Shown: in pieces, positions 26,091-35,505 of the stretch
Layout: every line of letters begins with the position of its first letter
How positions within the stretch are numbered: position 1 is the first letter of the stretch
Program-made: the position numbers and the translations under genes
From: an uncultured Alphaproteobacteria bacterium
GTDB taxonomy: Bacteria > Pseudomonadota > Alphaproteobacteria > RF32 > CAG-239
Assembly (NCBI GenBank): GCA_945835885.1
Contig: CAMAJR010000003.1
Span: 1 to 56,159 of the forward strand
Length of the DNA stretch: 56,159 nucleotides
Reading direction: 5' to 3'
The notes under the pieces: model-generated
The model's database searches: none
Seen by the model: the letters and a program-made list of their open reading frames with translations, nothing else
Told to the model about the DNA's origin: nothing

Positions 26091-28538
26091 ATGTTTAGCA
26101 AAGCAAAAATTTGTAAAGTTGCTCTGGCAACTTTGACTATTTTATTGTCGACAATGAGCGGCGCTTTTGCATCGGAATTGGATTTAATTATTCCGGACTT
26201 AGCCAAAGCGACCTATAATTTTGCCGGCATTGAGGTTAACGGAAATCAACTGCTCTTAGGCGGTATGGGCATCTGCTTGCTCGGTATGATTTTCGGTTTA
26301 TGGGAGTTCTTCAGTATTAAAAGAATGCCGTCGCACACATCTATGTTGAAAGTTGCGGAAACAATTTATGCAACCTGCACCACATATATGAAACAACAGG
26401 CAAAACTTTTGTTTGTGCTTGAATTGTTTATCGGCGCGTGCATTGTCTACTACTTTGCCGGCTTGAACGGCACGCCGTTACCGCAAGTTGCAATCATTTT
26501 AGGTTGGTCTGTTTTGGGTATTTTGGGCTCGTTCACTGTTGCTTGGTTCGGTATGCGCATTAACACATACGCCAATGCCCGCACAGCGTTTTCATCGTTG
26601 AAAGGTAACGCTTATCCGGTAATGCATTTACCGCTTCGTTCCGGTATGTCTATCGGTGTCTTGCTGATTTGCGTTGAGCTGATTATGATGATGTTTATTT
26701 TGGTATTTGTTCCGCGTGAAACGGCCGGCGCCTGCTTCATCGGTTTTGCTATCGGTGAATCTTTGGGGGCTTCGGCATTGCGTATTTGCGGCGGTATCTT
26801 TACCAAAATTGCCGATATCGGTGCTGACTTAATGAAAATTATTTTCAAAATTGATGAAGATGATGCGCGCAATCCTGGTGTGATTGCCGACTGCACGGGT
26901 GATAATGCGGGTGATTCCTGCGGCCCGACGGCTGACGGTTTTGAAACATACGGCGTGACCGGCGTGGCTCTTATCAGTTTTATCGTTTTGGCTGCCGGAT
27001 ACTACTTGACGGCTGACGGTAATTTGGCGGCACATACTTATGCGCCGGATTTACAAGCGCGTTTGATTACTTGGATTTTTGCAATGCGTATTTTGATGAT
27101 TATCACTTCAGTGTTCTCTTATGCAATTAACGGCTTGTTCGCAAAGATTCGTTACGGCAAATCAAAGGAATTTGATTTTGAAAAACCGCTGACCAGTTTG
27201 ATTTGGATTACGTCGATTATCTCTATTGCCGTGACTTTCGGCGTGTCTTACTTTATGTTGCCGAAAGAATTGTTTGGCACAAATATTTGGTGGCAAATGT
27301 CGGTAATCATCAGCTGCGGCACTTTGGCAGCGGCAATTATTCCGGAATTTACAAAGATATTCACTTCTTCCAAATCACAGCATGTTGCCGAGGTTGTGAA
27401 TGCCAGCCGTGAGGCCGGTGCCTCCTTAAACATCTTGTCCGGTATCGTTGCCGGTAACTTCTCCGGTTTTTGGCAAGGTGTTGTTATGGCCGGTTTGATG
27501 GGGGTTGCGTATGTGACTTCGCTCGGCGATATTGGCGCGATTATGATTTATCCGACGGTGTTTGCATTCGGTTTGGTGGCCTTCGGTATGCTCGGTATGG
27601 GACCGGTAACGATTGCCGTAGACAGCTACGGTCCGGTAACGGATAACGCCCAATCGGTATTTGAATTGTCACAAATTGAAGATATTAAGGGTATTAAAAA
27701 GGAAATCAAAAAGGATTACGATTTTGAGCCGGATTTTGAACACGGCAAGCATTTGCTTGAAGCCAATGATTCGGCCGGTAATACCTTTAAGGCAACTTCT
27801 AAACCAGTGTTAATCGGCACAGCGGTTATCGGCGCGACAACGATGATTTTCTCGATTATTTTGCTCTTGAAGCTTGAACTGAACCTCATTGACGCACGCG
27901 TTTTAATCGGTTTAATTTTGGGCGGTGCCGTGATTTATTGGTTCTCAGGTGCGGCAATTCAAGCGGTTTCGACCGGTGCTTATCGTGCCGTGAACTATAT
28001 TAAAGAGCACATTAAACTTGATACCAAAAAAGCCGCTTCGGTTGAGGATTCTAAGACGGTTGTAAAGATTTGCACGCAATATGCGCAAAAAGGTATGTTT
28101 AATATCTTTATCGTGATTTTCTCGTTTGCGATTGCGTTTGCTTTCTTTGGACCGGAATTGTTTGCCAGTTACTTGATTTCAATCGCCGTATTCGGCTTGT
28201 ATCAGGCGCTTTATATGGCTAATGCCGGCGGTGCTTGGGACAACGCCAAAAAGGTGGTGGAAGTTGATTTGAACGAAAAAGGCACGCCTTTGCATGACGC
28301 CGCTGTTGTCGGTGATACGGTCGGTGACCCGTATAAAGATACGGCATCGGTTGCGCTTAATCCGATTATTAAGTTCACGACTTTGTTCGGTTTATTGGCA
28401 GCAGAAATGTCGGCAAAAGTCTCAGAAGAAAACCCTAATGTTGCATTGGGTATTGCTTGCGCATTTATGGCTATCGGCTTAGTGTTTGTATGGCGTTCAT
28501 TCTATGCAATGCGCATTGAGGCAAAAAAGATTGATTAA
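26091..28538 (+). CDS. hppA: membrane-bound ion-translocating pyrophosphatase
   Basis: GGIFTKIADIGADL, EDDARNPGVIADCTGDNAGD, DSYGPVTDNA, GNTFKA, GGAWDNAKK, GDTVGDPYKDT. Confidence 0.95.
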   Translation: MFSKAKICKVALATLTILLSTMSGAFASELDLIIPDLAKATYNFAGIEVNGNQLLLGGMGICLLGMIFGLWEFFSIKRMPSHTSMLKVAETIYATCTTYMKQQAKLLFVLELFIGACIVYYFAGLNGTPLPQVAIILGWSVLGILGSFTVAWFGMRINTYANARTAFSSLKGNAYPVMHLPLRSGMSIGVLLICVELIMMMFILVFVPRETAGACFIGFAIGESLGASALRICGGIFTKIADIGADLMKIIFKIDEDDARNPGVIADCTGDNAGDSCGPTADGFETYGVTGVALISFIVLAAGYYLTADGNLAAHTYAPDLQARLITWIFAMRILMIITSVFSYAINGLFAKIRYGKSKEFDFEKPLTSLIWITSIISIAVTFGVSYFMLPKELFGTNIWWQMSVIISCGTLAAAIIPEFTKIFTSSKSQHVAEVVNASREAGASLNILSGIVAGNFSGFWQGVVMAGLMGVAYVTSLGDIGAIMIYPTVFAFGLVAFGMLGMGPVTIAVDSYGPVTDNAQSVFELSQIEDIKGIKKEIKKDYDFEPDFEHGKHLLEANDSAGNTFKATSKPVLIGTAVIGATTMIFSIILLLKLELNLIDARVLIGLILGGAVIYWFSGAAIQAVSTGAYRAVNYIKEHIKLDTKKAASVEDSKTVVKICTQYAQKGMFNIFIVIFSFAIAFAFFGPELFASYLISIAVFGLYQALYMANAGGAWDNAKKVVEVDLNEKGTPLHDAAVVGDTVGDPYKDTASVALNPIIKFTTLFGLLAAEMSAKVSEENPNVALGIACAFMAIGLVFVWRSFYAMRIEAKKID

Positions 28539-28566
28539 GTCATTGACTAAATCGATTTAGCCTGTT

Positions 28567-28604
28567 AAAACGGCGGCATTGAGATATATGTCGCCGTTTT
28601 CTTT
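28567..28604 (+). terminator. intrinsic terminator after hppA
   Basis: aaaacggcggca...tgtcgccgttttcttt hairpin plus T tract. Confidence 0.7.
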
Positions 28605-28617
28605 AAGGAGATGAAAA

Positions 28618-29232
28618 ATGCTTGAATTTATCAAAACTTTTAATATGACACAGTTCACCGGTGCATTTATTGTTTTGTTCGCGATTATCGATATTATCGG
28701 CACATTGCCGGTAGTGATGAACTTAGAGCGCAACGGGCGTATTGTGAGTGCTTCGCGTGCCAGTATCATATCGTTTGCACTGTTTGTCGGCTTTATGTAT
28801 ATGGGTGAGGCATTTTTAGGGCTTTTCAGTTTGGATATCTCATCATTTGCGGTTGCCGGTTCGATTATTATTTTTGTGATTGCGATGGAAATGGTTTTAG
28901 ATATCGAGATTTTTCACTCTAACAATACGGCCGGTAACGATGCTACCTTTACGCCGGTGGTGTTTCCGCTGATAGCCGGTGCCGGTTCATTTACGACTTT
29001 GCTCTCGATTCGCTCGCAATTTTCCGACTTCAATATTTTGCTTGCCGTTTTTGCCAATGTGCTGATTGTTTATGCTGCACTTAAATTTTCCAAAAAGCTC
29101 GAAAAAATATTATCGCCGGGGGTGATTTGCATTTTCCAAAAGACGTTCGGAATCATTTTGTTGTCGATTTCGGTCAAGCTGTTCACATCAAACCTAACAA
29201 TGATTATTGCCAATGTTTCTCACGGCTCTTAA
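28618..29232 (+). CDS. MarC family membrane protein
   Basis: LFAIIDIIG, FAVAGSII, PVVFPLIAGAG motifs; 6 TM; AAGGAG RBS. Confidence 0.9.
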   Translation: MLEFIKTFNMTQFTGAFIVLFAIIDIIGTLPVVMNLERNGRIVSASRASIISFALFVGFMYMGEAFLGLFSLDISSFAVAGSIIIFVIAMEMVLDIEIFHSNNTAGNDATFTPVVFPLIAGAGSFTTLLSIRSQFSDFNILLAVFANVLIVYAALKFSKKLEKILSPGVICIFQKTFGIILLSISVKLFTSNLTMIIANVSHGS

Positions 29233-29239
29233 GCCGCGA

Positions 29240-30214
29240 CTACGCTTTTTGCCAAGCGTTCAATCGCTGCATCAACTCAGCCATATCCGCAGGCAATTCG
29301 GAATCAAACTGCATAAACTGCAATGTGCGCGGATGTATAAATCCCAAACTTTTGGCGTGGAGTGCTTGCCGCGGAAAATTGTTGACAAATGTTTTGAGTT
29401 CGGTCGGTAGCGGTATTTCTGATTTTTTGTTTTTAACATAAACTTTGTCGCCGACTAATGCGTGTCCGATGCTGCTCAGATGCACTCGTATTTGATGAGT
29501 GCGCCCCGTTTCGAGATTGCACTGCACTAACGCTGCCGCCGAACCGAATGTTTGCAAAGTTTTGTAGTTTGTGGCCGCAAATTTGCCGCCGCTTGCAACC
29601 AAAGCCATTTTTTTACGGTCAAACGGGCTGCGGCCGATGTTGCCTTCAATCCGTCCGTCCAGCGGCGACGGCACACCGTAGACAACCGCATAATAAGTGC
29701 GTTCAATACTGTGTTCGGCAAATTGTTCGCTTAAAAAACGGTGCGCTGTATCATTTTTAGCCACTACCAACAGTCCGCTTGTTTCGCGGTCAATACGATG
29801 CACAATCCCCGGACGCTTAACGCCGCCGATGCCCGATAAATCACGACAATGAAACAAAAGTGCGTTGACAAGCGTGCCGTGATATGCACCGGCAGCCGGA
29901 TGCACGGTCATACCCGCCGGCTTGTTAAGGACGGCAATATCGGAATCTTCATACACAACATCGAGCGGAATATCCTCCGGTGTCGGTTCTGCTTCTTCCG
30001 GTTCCGGAACGGTTACAACAAACGAATCACCCAAACGCACTTTGTAGGAGTTATCGGTAATTGATATATCTTCACACATCACATTGCCGTTTTCGATTAG
30101 GCGTTGAATCTGCGCACGCGAAACATTGTCTATTTTTTGCGCCAAATACTTGTCAAGGCGCATTTTGACTTCTTTTTCCGTAGCTTCTGCGGTTATAAAT
30201 ACGTTTTCTTCCAT
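29240..30214 (-). CDS. rluD: 23S rRNA pseudouridine synthase RluD
   Basis: S4 domain RLDKYL, NKPAGMTVHP, RPGIVHRIDRETSGL, LETGRTHQIRVH, RQALHA. Confidence 0.94.
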   Translation of the reverse strand: MEENVFITAEATEKEVKMRLDKYLAQKIDNVSRAQIQRLIENGNVMCEDISITDNSYKVRLGDSFVVTVPEPEEAEPTPEDIPLDVVYEDSDIAVLNKPAGMTVHPAAGAYHGTLVNALLFHCRDLSGIGGVKRPGIVHRIDRETSGLLVVAKNDTAHRFLSEQFAEHSIERTYYAVVYGVPSPLDGRIEGNIGRSPFDRKKMALVASGGKFAATNYKTLQTFGSAAALVQCNLETGRTHQIRVHLSSIGHALVGDKVYVKNKKSEIPLPTELKTFVNNFPRQALHAKSLGFIHPRTLQFMQFDSELPADMAELMQRLNAWQKA

Positions 30215-30314
30215 TTTTTTAAGTATATTTTATGATTTTTCTTTTATTTTATCATAAAGGCGATTATAATAAATTGCAAGAGCAGTTTATAAGATATGAG
30301 AAGGAGAGTATTTT

Positions 30315-31253
30315 ATGGCTGATAATGATTTTCTCAGCGAAGGTGATGATTTTGAAAAACTGCTGAACAGTTTTATTAACACAAAATTAGATGACGAAGA
30401 AGAATCCAAGCCGGAACAAACGGAAGTTTCCATTTCTGCTGATGATTTTCAACTTTCGGAAGAAGATAAAAAGGTAAATGCCGAAGCTTCCCGAGATTTT
30501 GAGCAAGAACTCGCTGCGACGTTTTCTGATGCCCGCGCCGCGGTTGAGGAAACAGAAAACGCTCCGGAACTCGGAAGTGAAGAATCGGAATTGGCACAAG
30601 CATTCATAAATTACCAGAATTCTATCAATAAATTGGCTGCAAACGCCGGCACAAAAACAGTGGACTGGCGTTTTGAAATTGACGGTTTGTATCCGAACTA
30701 TAAACCGAGCGTCGGAATGATTCTTGCCGGTGATTTGGTTGATGGTTGGACTTTATTGTGCGAAATGTTTCCGGATACTGTCGGTAAATTTTCGGTATCT
30801 TCAAGCGATGAAGAATTTTTGAATTTTGCCGAGACGATTCGTAATCAGGATTTACAGCTCGCCATTATTTCGTATGTTGAAATTTTGATTGATATGGAAA
30901 ACTGTGAGTTGTCATATCAGGCAAAGCTCATAAAATATCAGGAAAAACATATAAAGAAAATTATGTATGAAGAATATTTGGCACGCAAAGAACGTCAGCA
31001 GCGTTTTGTCGAAGAAGTAAAAAAGAGAAATTTTCCGATAGATGCCGAGCGATTAATCAGTTCATACTTCAGAGTGGCTCAAAAAGATATTGACGGCGCA
31101 TTTTTGGCCTTGACCACAAATCCGGCAATTTTTGCGCCGATAGACTTTTCAAAAATCAAACCGCGTTTCTTCGGTTTGGTGAAAGTTACGCCGAAAGACG
31201 GTATTCGTGTCAATATCGAAATCGGAAAATTTATGAAAAAACTCAAGGTTTAG
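30315..31253 (+). CDS. hypothetical protein, acidic N-terminus
   Basis: 312-aa ORF, AAGGAG RBS, divergent from rluD; no motif recognised. Confidence 0.8.
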   Translation: MADNDFLSEGDDFEKLLNSFINTKLDDEEESKPEQTEVSISADDFQLSEEDKKVNAEASRDFEQELAATFSDARAAVEETENAPELGSEESELAQAFINYQNSINKLAANAGTKTVDWRFEIDGLYPNYKPSVGMILAGDLVDGWTLLCEMFPDTVGKFSVSSSDEEFLNFAETIRNQDLQLAIISYVEILIDMENCELSYQAKLIKYQEKHIKKIMYEEYLARKERQQRFVEEVKKRNFPIDAERLISSYFRVAQKDIDGAFLALTTNPAIFAPIDFSKIKPRFFGLVKVTPKDGIRVNIEIGKFMKKLKV

Positions 31254-31265
31254 GACAAAAAGTTG

Positions 31266-31294
31266 TGGACAAAAAGCTTTTTTCGTGGTATATT
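31266..31294 (+). promoter_or_regulatory. putative sigma70 promoter of the virD4 operon
   Basis: TGGACA-17 bp-TATATT with TG extension. Confidence 0.5.
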
Positions 31295-31328
31295 TTAGGA
31301 ACAGATGAAATTTTAAGGAGATTTTCTG

Positions 31329-33491
31329 ATGGCAGGAACAATGGAAAATGCTGAATTTGAAGCGTTTTTAACGCAAATCAGAGCAGAAACACCGGATATG
31401 AATGTGCTAAAGGCCGGTATGGAAAAGTTCGGCATGGGCTTTTTTTCGGACAAACAAAAGCAAGAACTTCTTCATACAATGTTCCCAAAGCCGATTGAGA
31501 ATCCGAAAGATGAAACAGAAAAGTTAGGTTTTCAAGAACTGCGCGGCATCAAAAACACCCTTAACGCAATGCAGCAATTGTGTGCTGACGAAAATTCTCC
31601 AATCGGCAATAACGAAATGAAAGCGTTTTTAACGATGACCCACCCAAAAAGCGGCAGAAATGTTTTGACGACTGTTGCACTCAATACTTGGGCCGTCGAA
31701 AAGAAAGATAAAAAAATCAGAAACAAAGGAACAGATGAATTTGTAGCACGCTTAGATAAGCAAGAAAATATTATGATTGACATTCAAAACATTTTAGCTG
31801 ATGTTGATGCGCGCACTTTGGCAGAAGCCGCAAACACACCGGATGAATCACACGGTGTCGGTAATGAGCCGGTTCGCCGTTTGACGTATCGCGGACTGGC
31901 AGCAAAATCTCCGCTTTTGATGAAAGATAATTTGGAAAGAATGACCTCTGAGTTTGATAAAATCGGCAAAGAAAAGCCGGCACTGACAATTGGTGCGGCA
32001 TCCGAAAAAGAAGCACTGACAATCGAAGCCGAATCTAATTTCAAGGTGGGAGGCAACGAAAATAAGCAGCCGTTGAATATCAATCCGAATGTTCCGCCTC
32101 AAGAACAAAATACGAATGAAAACCCTGAAGAAAAGATAGCCACCTTGGAAGACGCCGGTCCGGAAAATAAAAAAGGGAAAAGAGGAACGCCGGATTTCGG
32201 TTTGGTTAAAGAGCAGGATATTATTGATTATATGTTTCAAAATTGGTTTTTGGGCGGCTTAAATCTTATGCTTGAAGGGACATATAAATTAGCAGACCGC
32301 GCTTTAGACGGTTTGTGCGGTAATTATGAAAACACACCGAAATCGAGTGCGGCCGCTACCTTAGGCGGCGGAGCCACGCGCGGTGCAACGGGCGGTGCAA
32401 CGGGCGGTGCGGCAAGTGGTGCGGCGGCGCAAGGCAACGACCAAACAAATGCTTATGCGGCGCAACTTGACGGTATAGCTAATCAATGTGCGGCCCGATA
32501 TATAAATACTGCCGACAATCTGATTGGTGATTCGGCTAAAGTGGCTGCGATTGTGCAATGTATTCAAAGACACATCGGACAGGAACCGGATAAGTGGACA
32601 CCGCAATTTGTTGCCGGTGAAAAGGGTGCGCCGAAAATGGTGTTTAATCCTAAAGCCCATATAGGGTTGATTAAACAGCTGAATGCGATTTATCGTAAAA
32701 ATCCGCAGGCGTTTAAAAAACGTATGAATATTTTGCTGAAAAATCCGAATATGGTTCGTGAAATGCTCAATCCGAAAACAATTGGACTTTCGTCGCAGTT
32801 GGCAACGATAAAATATGCGGTAAAACATCCGGAAAAAGATCTTGCCGGCGATAACAAAGCAAAAGGAAAAATCGGTAAAGATGCCTTTAATATAATGATG
32901 GAAATTACCGCGACGGCAGCACAAATCAGAGAAAAGAACGAGCAAGAATATCGCTTGCGCAACAATAAAGGTCCGAATGACAAGCTTGATGACAAGGATT
33001 CGAAAAAAATTCAAGAGTCTTCGACTCAGGAAATGGGAGCTTACATCGTCGGAGTTAGCGAAAAAGGGAAAGCGCTTAAAGATTTGCTGATTAAACAGCA
33101 ACAAGAGCAAGATGCTTCTAAAAAAGCGATTTTGGCACAACAAATTAAGCAAGCGCAAAAAGATTTTGACGATTTCTACGGTCAGTATCTGCCTAAAGGT
33201 AAAGAAGGCGAACGCGGCAGAGAAGGCGAACAAAAACCGGCAACGCTTCCGGGACCGGTGAATCTCACGGAAGAGGCACGGCGCAGAGAACAAACGGACA
33301 GGGCTACCGAGCAATTTAAGTCGATGGTAACCGAAGGTTTATCTAATCTTGCAGAACAGCAAGAGCAGAATCATACACGGCACCAAAATTTTGTAATGAA
33401 ACGTAATGAAATTCAAGGCAACGGTTCCCGTTCGCCTACGATGCAAAACTTCTTCAATAATGTATTGGGGCAAAACAAAGGAAGAAATTGA
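31329..33491 (+). CDS. hypothetical 720-aa hydrophilic protein (candidate T4SS substrate)
   Basis: AAGGAG RBS; no signal peptide; Gly/Ala repeat linker; coiled-coil C-terminal half; ends NKGRN; first gene of the virD4 run. Confidence 0.8.
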   Translation: MAGTMENAEFEAFLTQIRAETPDMNVLKAGMEKFGMGFFSDKQKQELLHTMFPKPIENPKDETEKLGFQELRGIKNTLNAMQQLCADENSPIGNNEMKAFLTMTHPKSGRNVLTTVALNTWAVEKKDKKIRNKGTDEFVARLDKQENIMIDIQNILADVDARTLAEAANTPDESHGVGNEPVRRLTYRGLAAKSPLLMKDNLERMTSEFDKIGKEKPALTIGAASEKEALTIEAESNFKVGGNENKQPLNINPNVPPQEQNTNENPEEKIATLEDAGPENKKGKRGTPDFGLVKEQDIIDYMFQNWFLGGLNLMLEGTYKLADRALDGLCGNYENTPKSSAAATLGGGATRGATGGATGGAASGAAAQGNDQTNAYAAQLDGIANQCAARYINTADNLIGDSAKVAAIVQCIQRHIGQEPDKWTPQFVAGEKGAPKMVFNPKAHIGLIKQLNAIYRKNPQAFKKRMNILLKNPNMVREMLNPKTIGLSSQLATIKYAVKHPEKDLAGDNKAKGKIGKDAFNIMMEITATAAQIREKNEQEYRLRNNKGPNDKLDDKDSKKIQESSTQEMGAYIVGVSEKGKALKDLLIKQQQEQDASKKAILAQQIKQAQKDFDDFYGQYLPKGKEGERGREGEQKPATLPGPVNLTEEARRREQTDRATEQFKSMVTEGLSNLAEQQEQNHTRHQNFVMKRNEIQGNGSRSPTMQNFFNNVLGQNKGRN
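32367..32414 (+). repeat. in-frame 12-bp tandem repeat (4 imperfect copies, GGAT peptide)
   Basis: ggcggagccacg cgcggtgcaacg ggcggtgcaacg ggcggtgcggca. Confidence 0.7.
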
Positions 33492-33494
33492 TAA

Positions 33495-33980
33495 ATGATT
33501 AAAAAAGTTTTTCATTTTCTTTGTTTTGCAATTGCCAGTGTGCTGTGGATAGTTTCAGTCGCATTTATTTTACGCTGTTTGCTGTTGTTTGCATTCGGCA
33601 TTGACCCTTTAGCGCCGGAAACATACGCCGGTTTGGCCGGTTATTGGAACAGCGGCGGCGTCCTAAGGGGAGCAGATATTTTAATGCTCCTGATTATTAT
33701 TGCATATTTTCCGATATGTTCTTTAGGGTGCTATAAATTGTATCATTATAAATATATGAAGCTTTTAACCGTTCCGCTGAATAAGATTTTGAACAGTGGA
33801 TTTGACGGCTACGTTGCGCCTGATGTCAATATTAAAAATCTTAAAGTAGAAGAAAAAAAGACATTGGAACAAATTGTGCAAGAGCGGATTAATGAAGAAA
33901 AAAAGAAAAGTCAACAAGCCGGAAACAACATTGATTTTCGCAAAAATATTATTGAAAAGATAAATGAAACAAAAAAATAA
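33495..33980 (+). CDS. hypothetical 2-TM membrane protein
   Basis: Two hydrophobic segments, charged C-terminal tail, 3 nt after the previous stop. Confidence 0.8.
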   Translation: MIKKVFHFLCFAIASVLWIVSVAFILRCLLLFAFGIDPLAPETYAGLAGYWNSGGVLRGADILMLLIIIAYFPICSLGCYKLYHYKYMKLLTVPLNKILNSGFDGYVAPDVNIKNLKVEEKKTLEQIVQERINEEKKKSQQAGNNIDFRKNIIEKINETKK

Positions 33981-34040
33981 TCACTTTTTAATAAATTATA
34001 TGTTATAAACTTAAAGAGTGAATTTGAAACGAAACGGAGT

Positions 34041-35489
34041 GTGCATTTGAAGTCCTTTTTGGCATTTCTTAGAATTATCATCGTCGGGATTCTGTGGGGA
34101 ATTGTCTTCACAGAGGGAATCCGCGTTATAATGTTGTGTAATTGGCACTTTGATATTTTCGGTAAAGAACATTGGCAACTGTTTGGAAAATTGTGGAAAA
34201 ACGGTTGGGCGCCGCATGACAGTAAAGAGTGGGCCTTGGTGCTTTTAATGGTAACGTTTATTCCGATGATTTTGACCGGTTGGTGGACCTTGAGTATGGT
34301 CGTTTGGGAAGATATTATCTGGAAGATTATATGCCTGCCATACGAACTCTGTAAGAAAGTTTTCAGAAAATCGACTGCAGCGACCACGATTACCAATAAC
34401 CGCTACGGCATTGTCAAACGCAAATCTTACAAACAGATTCGGCCGGCCGGTATCTCAACTTTGCGCATACCGATATCCGATTACGGCACAACGGCAATTT
34501 CTGCCCCGATGGCTTCTCCGACGGCGTCGGCTCTTGCCGGTTCATCTTATGCGCCGGCGGCACCGGCCTATGCACCGGCAGCAGAACCGGTTAAAAAGAA
34601 AACCGATGTTGCCGCTACCATTGATCACGCTTTGTTTAAGTTTGATGACGATGATGACGATTTTGATTTGGATATAGATTCTTTTGAAAAGACGGATATC
34701 CACAAAAAGAAACAATCCGCCGCTCCGAAAGCCAAAAGAAAAGTCGACTTTGACGATGACGAAGAAGACGATTATAAGCCGAGCAAAGCCGCAAAATATG
34801 ATTTTGATGACGATGAAGATGATTTTGAAGAACGCCCGATTCGCAAAGAAAACCGCACTGCTAAAAAGGCCGATGATAAAGAAAAGCGAACAAGCAGAAC
34901 CCGCAGTTCTGAGGCAAAAGAAACAAATCGCAGTGAAAAAACAACACGGGCAAAGCGTACAGAGCGTGATTCTGACGAATCGAATACCGTTCACAGTCCG
35001 GTTTATGATACTTTGTCTCAAAAGGGGTATGACGTTCTTACCAACATCGGTGTTCACGATACTCTGATTGATTTTGTCGGTGTTTCCGAGAATGAAATTT
35101 GCTTCTGTTTGGTGGATAAAGAAGCCGGTGATTGGCTTGCCGATGAAGAGATGTTTAATGGTGAAGAGCCGTTATGGTTTTCTGAAAACAGTCACCGTAT
35201 ATCGCCGGTTTGCAAGTTAAATACGGCGCGCAAAGTTCTTGAGGACAAACTTGAAGATGAGGGATTTGAGCAAAATCTGAACTTCTATGTAGTGGTTCAA
35301 ATGGCAAATATTATCAATGCCGATGATATGTTTGAAATTTGGAATAATATGAAAATCAATGTCACGCGCATTAATCGCGGTGCGCCGAAAGAAATTAAAT
35401 TATTCTCCAAGCAACTGACGGAAGTTGAAGATAAGTTGGCGAAAAAAGATTTGGATAAATTAAAAAGCGTTCTTAAAGGTTTGAAATAA
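34041..35489 (+). CDS. membrane protein with disordered acidic linker and C-terminal NERD/PD-(D/E)XK-like domain
   Basis: N-terminal 2-TM domain similar to 33495..33980; Asp/Lys-rich linker; YDVLTNI...IDFVGV..ICFCLVDK..GDW...W...ISPV pattern; start uncertain (GTG 34041 or TTG 34047). Confidence 0.7.
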   Translation: MHLKSFLAFLRIIIVGILWGIVFTEGIRVIMLCNWHFDIFGKEHWQLFGKLWKNGWAPHDSKEWALVLLMVTFIPMILTGWWTLSMVVWEDIIWKIICLPYELCKKVFRKSTAATTITNNRYGIVKRKSYKQIRPAGISTLRIPISDYGTTAISAPMASPTASALAGSSYAPAAPAYAPAAEPVKKKTDVAATIDHALFKFDDDDDDFDLDIDSFEKTDIHKKKQSAAPKAKRKVDFDDDEEDDYKPSKAAKYDFDDDEDDFEERPIRKENRTAKKADDKEKRTSRTRSSEAKETNRSEKTTRAKRTERDSDESNTVHSPVYDTLSQKGYDVLTNIGVHDTLIDFVGVSENEICFCLVDKEAGDWLADEEMFNGEEPLWFSENSHRISPVCKLNTARKVLEDKLEDEGFEQNLNFYVVVQMANIINADDMFEIWNNMKINVTRINRGAPKEIKLFSKQLTEVEDKLAKKDLDKLKSVLKGLK

Positions 35490-35505
35490 TCACTAAGAGG
35501 GAAAA

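Noticed and set aside
32361-33314. 317-aa antisense ORF (also 36343..37179 and other long shadow ORFs)
   Set aside because: Fully overlapped by well-supported genes on the other strand; Phe/Leu-rich composition typical of reverse-frame shadows; no RBS.
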